Assembly (NCBI GenBank): GCA_035084275.1 | Contig: CM068742.1 | Location: 46,190,001-46,254,000 of the forward strand | Origin: Hydrolagus colliei | Lineage: Eukaryota | Length of the DNA stretch: 64,000 bases | Direction: 5' to 3' | Part shown: positions 61,768-64,000 of the stretch, piece by piece | How positions within the stretch are numbered: position 1 is the stretch's first letter | Layout of the letters: every line of letters begins with the position of its first letter | Notes under the pieces: model-generated | Seen by the model: the letters and a program-made list of their open reading frames with translations, nothing else | Database searches by the model: none | What the model was told of the DNA's origin: nothing | Program-made: the position numbers and the translations under genes

Positions 61768-64000
61768 TGGGGGGTCGAATAGAGTGTTTTGTAATTTAGC
61801 CTTTTGAATTTAAACATTGCGGACTGAACGTGTTGGCTGGGATGGGAAGGCTGGCTGCCCATTGAAATGGTTATGGTAATGATGGCATGGTGTTGAACTT
61901 GATGTTGACTCTGTACATAATTCTTGTACATAATTCGGGTGCCAGAGAGGAGAAGTCTTTCTCGAATCAATCCGTTCAATTGCCTTTTTTTTTGTTAACA
62001 GAAAGGGAAAGATCGACACTGTAATCTAAAGAGGCGTTCAGTGGTTCAAACTTCATCAGAGTCGGTGTGCTCTGGTTCCAGATAATGTTCGAGATCAGTT
62101 CCGTCTATATCTAGTTGTTTTATCTGTACATCTGACTTCTTATTGATCCGTTTCGATACGGGTGCAGCAGCCAGTCAGTCAGGCAGTCAGTCGCTCCCAG
62201 TCTCTTTTAATTACAGCCGGAAAATATTTCACAACAATCAGCAACTAGTCTGCTAATTCACTAAGTTCCTTGATTCACCAATGACTGTCAGGAGAGAGCC
62301 ATGCTTAGTTTACACGGGTATTCATTCAAACTGCTGAAGTGACATTGTTTTAGTCGGTGGGAGGGGAGGGGTGTGTGTGTGTGGGGGGGGGGGGGGGGGG
62401 GGGGAGAGAGAGAGACAGGCAGATTGCAATGCACGATACACGATTGTTCTCGTCCTTTGCAAAAGGGGGAGAAACCAAACATGTTTGTGGAATGAGTATT
62501 CAGATTGAGGGTAAATGTTCACAAAGCGGGCCTGGGCAGGTCGCCCCTCTCTCTGTCTGCTGGCAGCTGTGTGTTGGCGAGGCTGTCGGAGCGGTTCGGT
62601 TTTATTGTCAGGTTTACCAGTGTCTCAAAGGTAGATGGCAATAATCTCCAGCGCCTGGCTCAGCTGATACAGTGGGACTGGCAGAGGCTCGAGCTCCACA
62701 ATAGGCCAGAGACCAGCTCTGCAGCGAATATGTCTGAGCCTTTCGGAAGAAATCTCCACACATATTTATTGATATATTTTTAAAGAAAAGAGCAAGGGCG
62801 CCAAGGAACCGTGCACGTGGGTTCATCAGATTTATTTTCTCTGCAGATCTAAGTTACGATAACGTGGCTCGCCGTTACTTTCTCCAAAAATCCGCATCCA
62901 AACAAACCTGTACATTATTGTGAAAGTATTAAAAGAACACTCGTGTTTTCTCTGAGCAGACCTGAAGGCGCTTGAGGGTTATTTCTTTAATGCAACGAGT
63001 TTCTTTTTAACGTGTGTGTGTGTTTAAAAAAAGTGTCCAGCTCGTAATAAGCAGAACGCGCGAATGTTTCTGGAGGTTGGGGCTGGCGTTGGTATTTTGT
63101 TCATGACTTCTCTTTCGTCCGAAAGACTGTCCTTGGTGTTTCACTGGGGGTAGAGGAGCAATTTCAAGCATTAGCTGCGACCAGTTTAAGCTTAGCCCGT
63201 CTCATAAGCGATTCTCTTTCATCTCATCACAGAGAAATACAGGGGTTTTTTTTTTTTAAATCGCTATTGAGCGACAACAAGCTTCAAACTTGCCGCCGCC
63301 ACGCACGTCAGATCATTTCTAGTGAATATTCATGGCCATTTATTACACGAGAGTGTTAAGTGACCAAGCGGCGATTAATGCAGACAGGAGAAGCATTTGT
63401 ATTGCAAACACCTTTCGTGTCACAAGTGATATTGGCACAAGACTGAATGTCGGTGTGATGTAACGTGATTTTTTCTTTAATCAAGGTTCTTAAATGTTAT
63501 GCAACCGAAATGACTGCAGCTGTCGCAACAGAACATAAACTAATCTCTTTTAACTTCGTGGCTATTTTACAGGTTGAGTAGACCGGATACATCCGTATAC
63601 TGAAACCTAGTGCCAAAGGAAACGGTAAAACAAAACATATTCTGTACTTCATCTATACAAATGCGTGTGAATTGTGCACAGTGTGACCTAGAAAGTAAAC
63701 GTTTAGCAAAAAAAAAAACCCACACACACATACGGATCTACATTTCACAATTTACATTGGTCGATTGTGTCATGAAAATAGATGATGTTTAATGCACGTG
63801 TAGTTACTGTACAGAGGTACTCCAGTCTTACGTCAAATTACAGTGGGCTACAAAACACACACAAGTCAGCCATAATAATTGCACTTGAAACGCGAATATT
63901 CAAATATAGACCAAAAATACAGTTCAGCAAAGGAAGCCAGGGAGTGTGTGTGTGTTTTTTCCCTCTAAAGCGCTACAGATAGCTATAATTAAATGGCCTT

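Larger units (their letters stand above)
55100..64000. promoter_or_regulatory. CpG-enriched, repeat-poor regulatory region; putative promoter zone of the miR-9-2 host lncRNA (LINC00461-like)
   Basis: Visible rise in CpG and fall in transposon density, strongest at 56.0-58.0 kb and 61.1-63.9 kb; CCAAT, E-box and RBPJ motifs. Gene identity rests only on the known MEF2C-MIR9-2 synteny. Confidence 0.5.

Overview
Vertebrate genomic DNA, most likely a cartilaginous fish (inferred from the SINE/L2/CR1/Penelope repeat repertoire, not proven). The window holds the 3' half of MEF2C on the + strand: five coding exons (17419-17588, the 24-nt beta microexon 18711-18734, 21316-21445, 24090-24222, and the terminal exon 29257-29578 with its internal gamma acceptor at 29353), then a ~3.8-kb 3'UTR. 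The MADS/MEF2-domain exons were not found and presumably lie upstream. Introns and the downstream region are filled with tRNA-derived SINEs, L2 and CR1 LINE relics, Tigger-like MITEs and two TSD-flanked Penelope-type elements with minimal hammerhead ribozyme motifs. From ~55 kb the sequence is CpG-rich and repeat-poor, where synteny predicts the promoter of the miR-9-2 host lncRNA; the miR-9 hairpin itself was not seen. Most notable: a 99-bp-arm palindrome of two back-to-back hammerhead motifs; an exact 31-nt splice-acceptor-like repeat on both sides of the terminal coding segment, each opening an in-frame alternative C-terminus; an EPVSPPR motif echo 5 kb downstream; a 10-nt miR-9 site in the UTR; a full CTCF site beside paired RFX boxes. 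Almost all ORF-track entries are spurious or transposon debris. No new multi-gene system is established by the sequence alone. Repeat boundaries are approximate.
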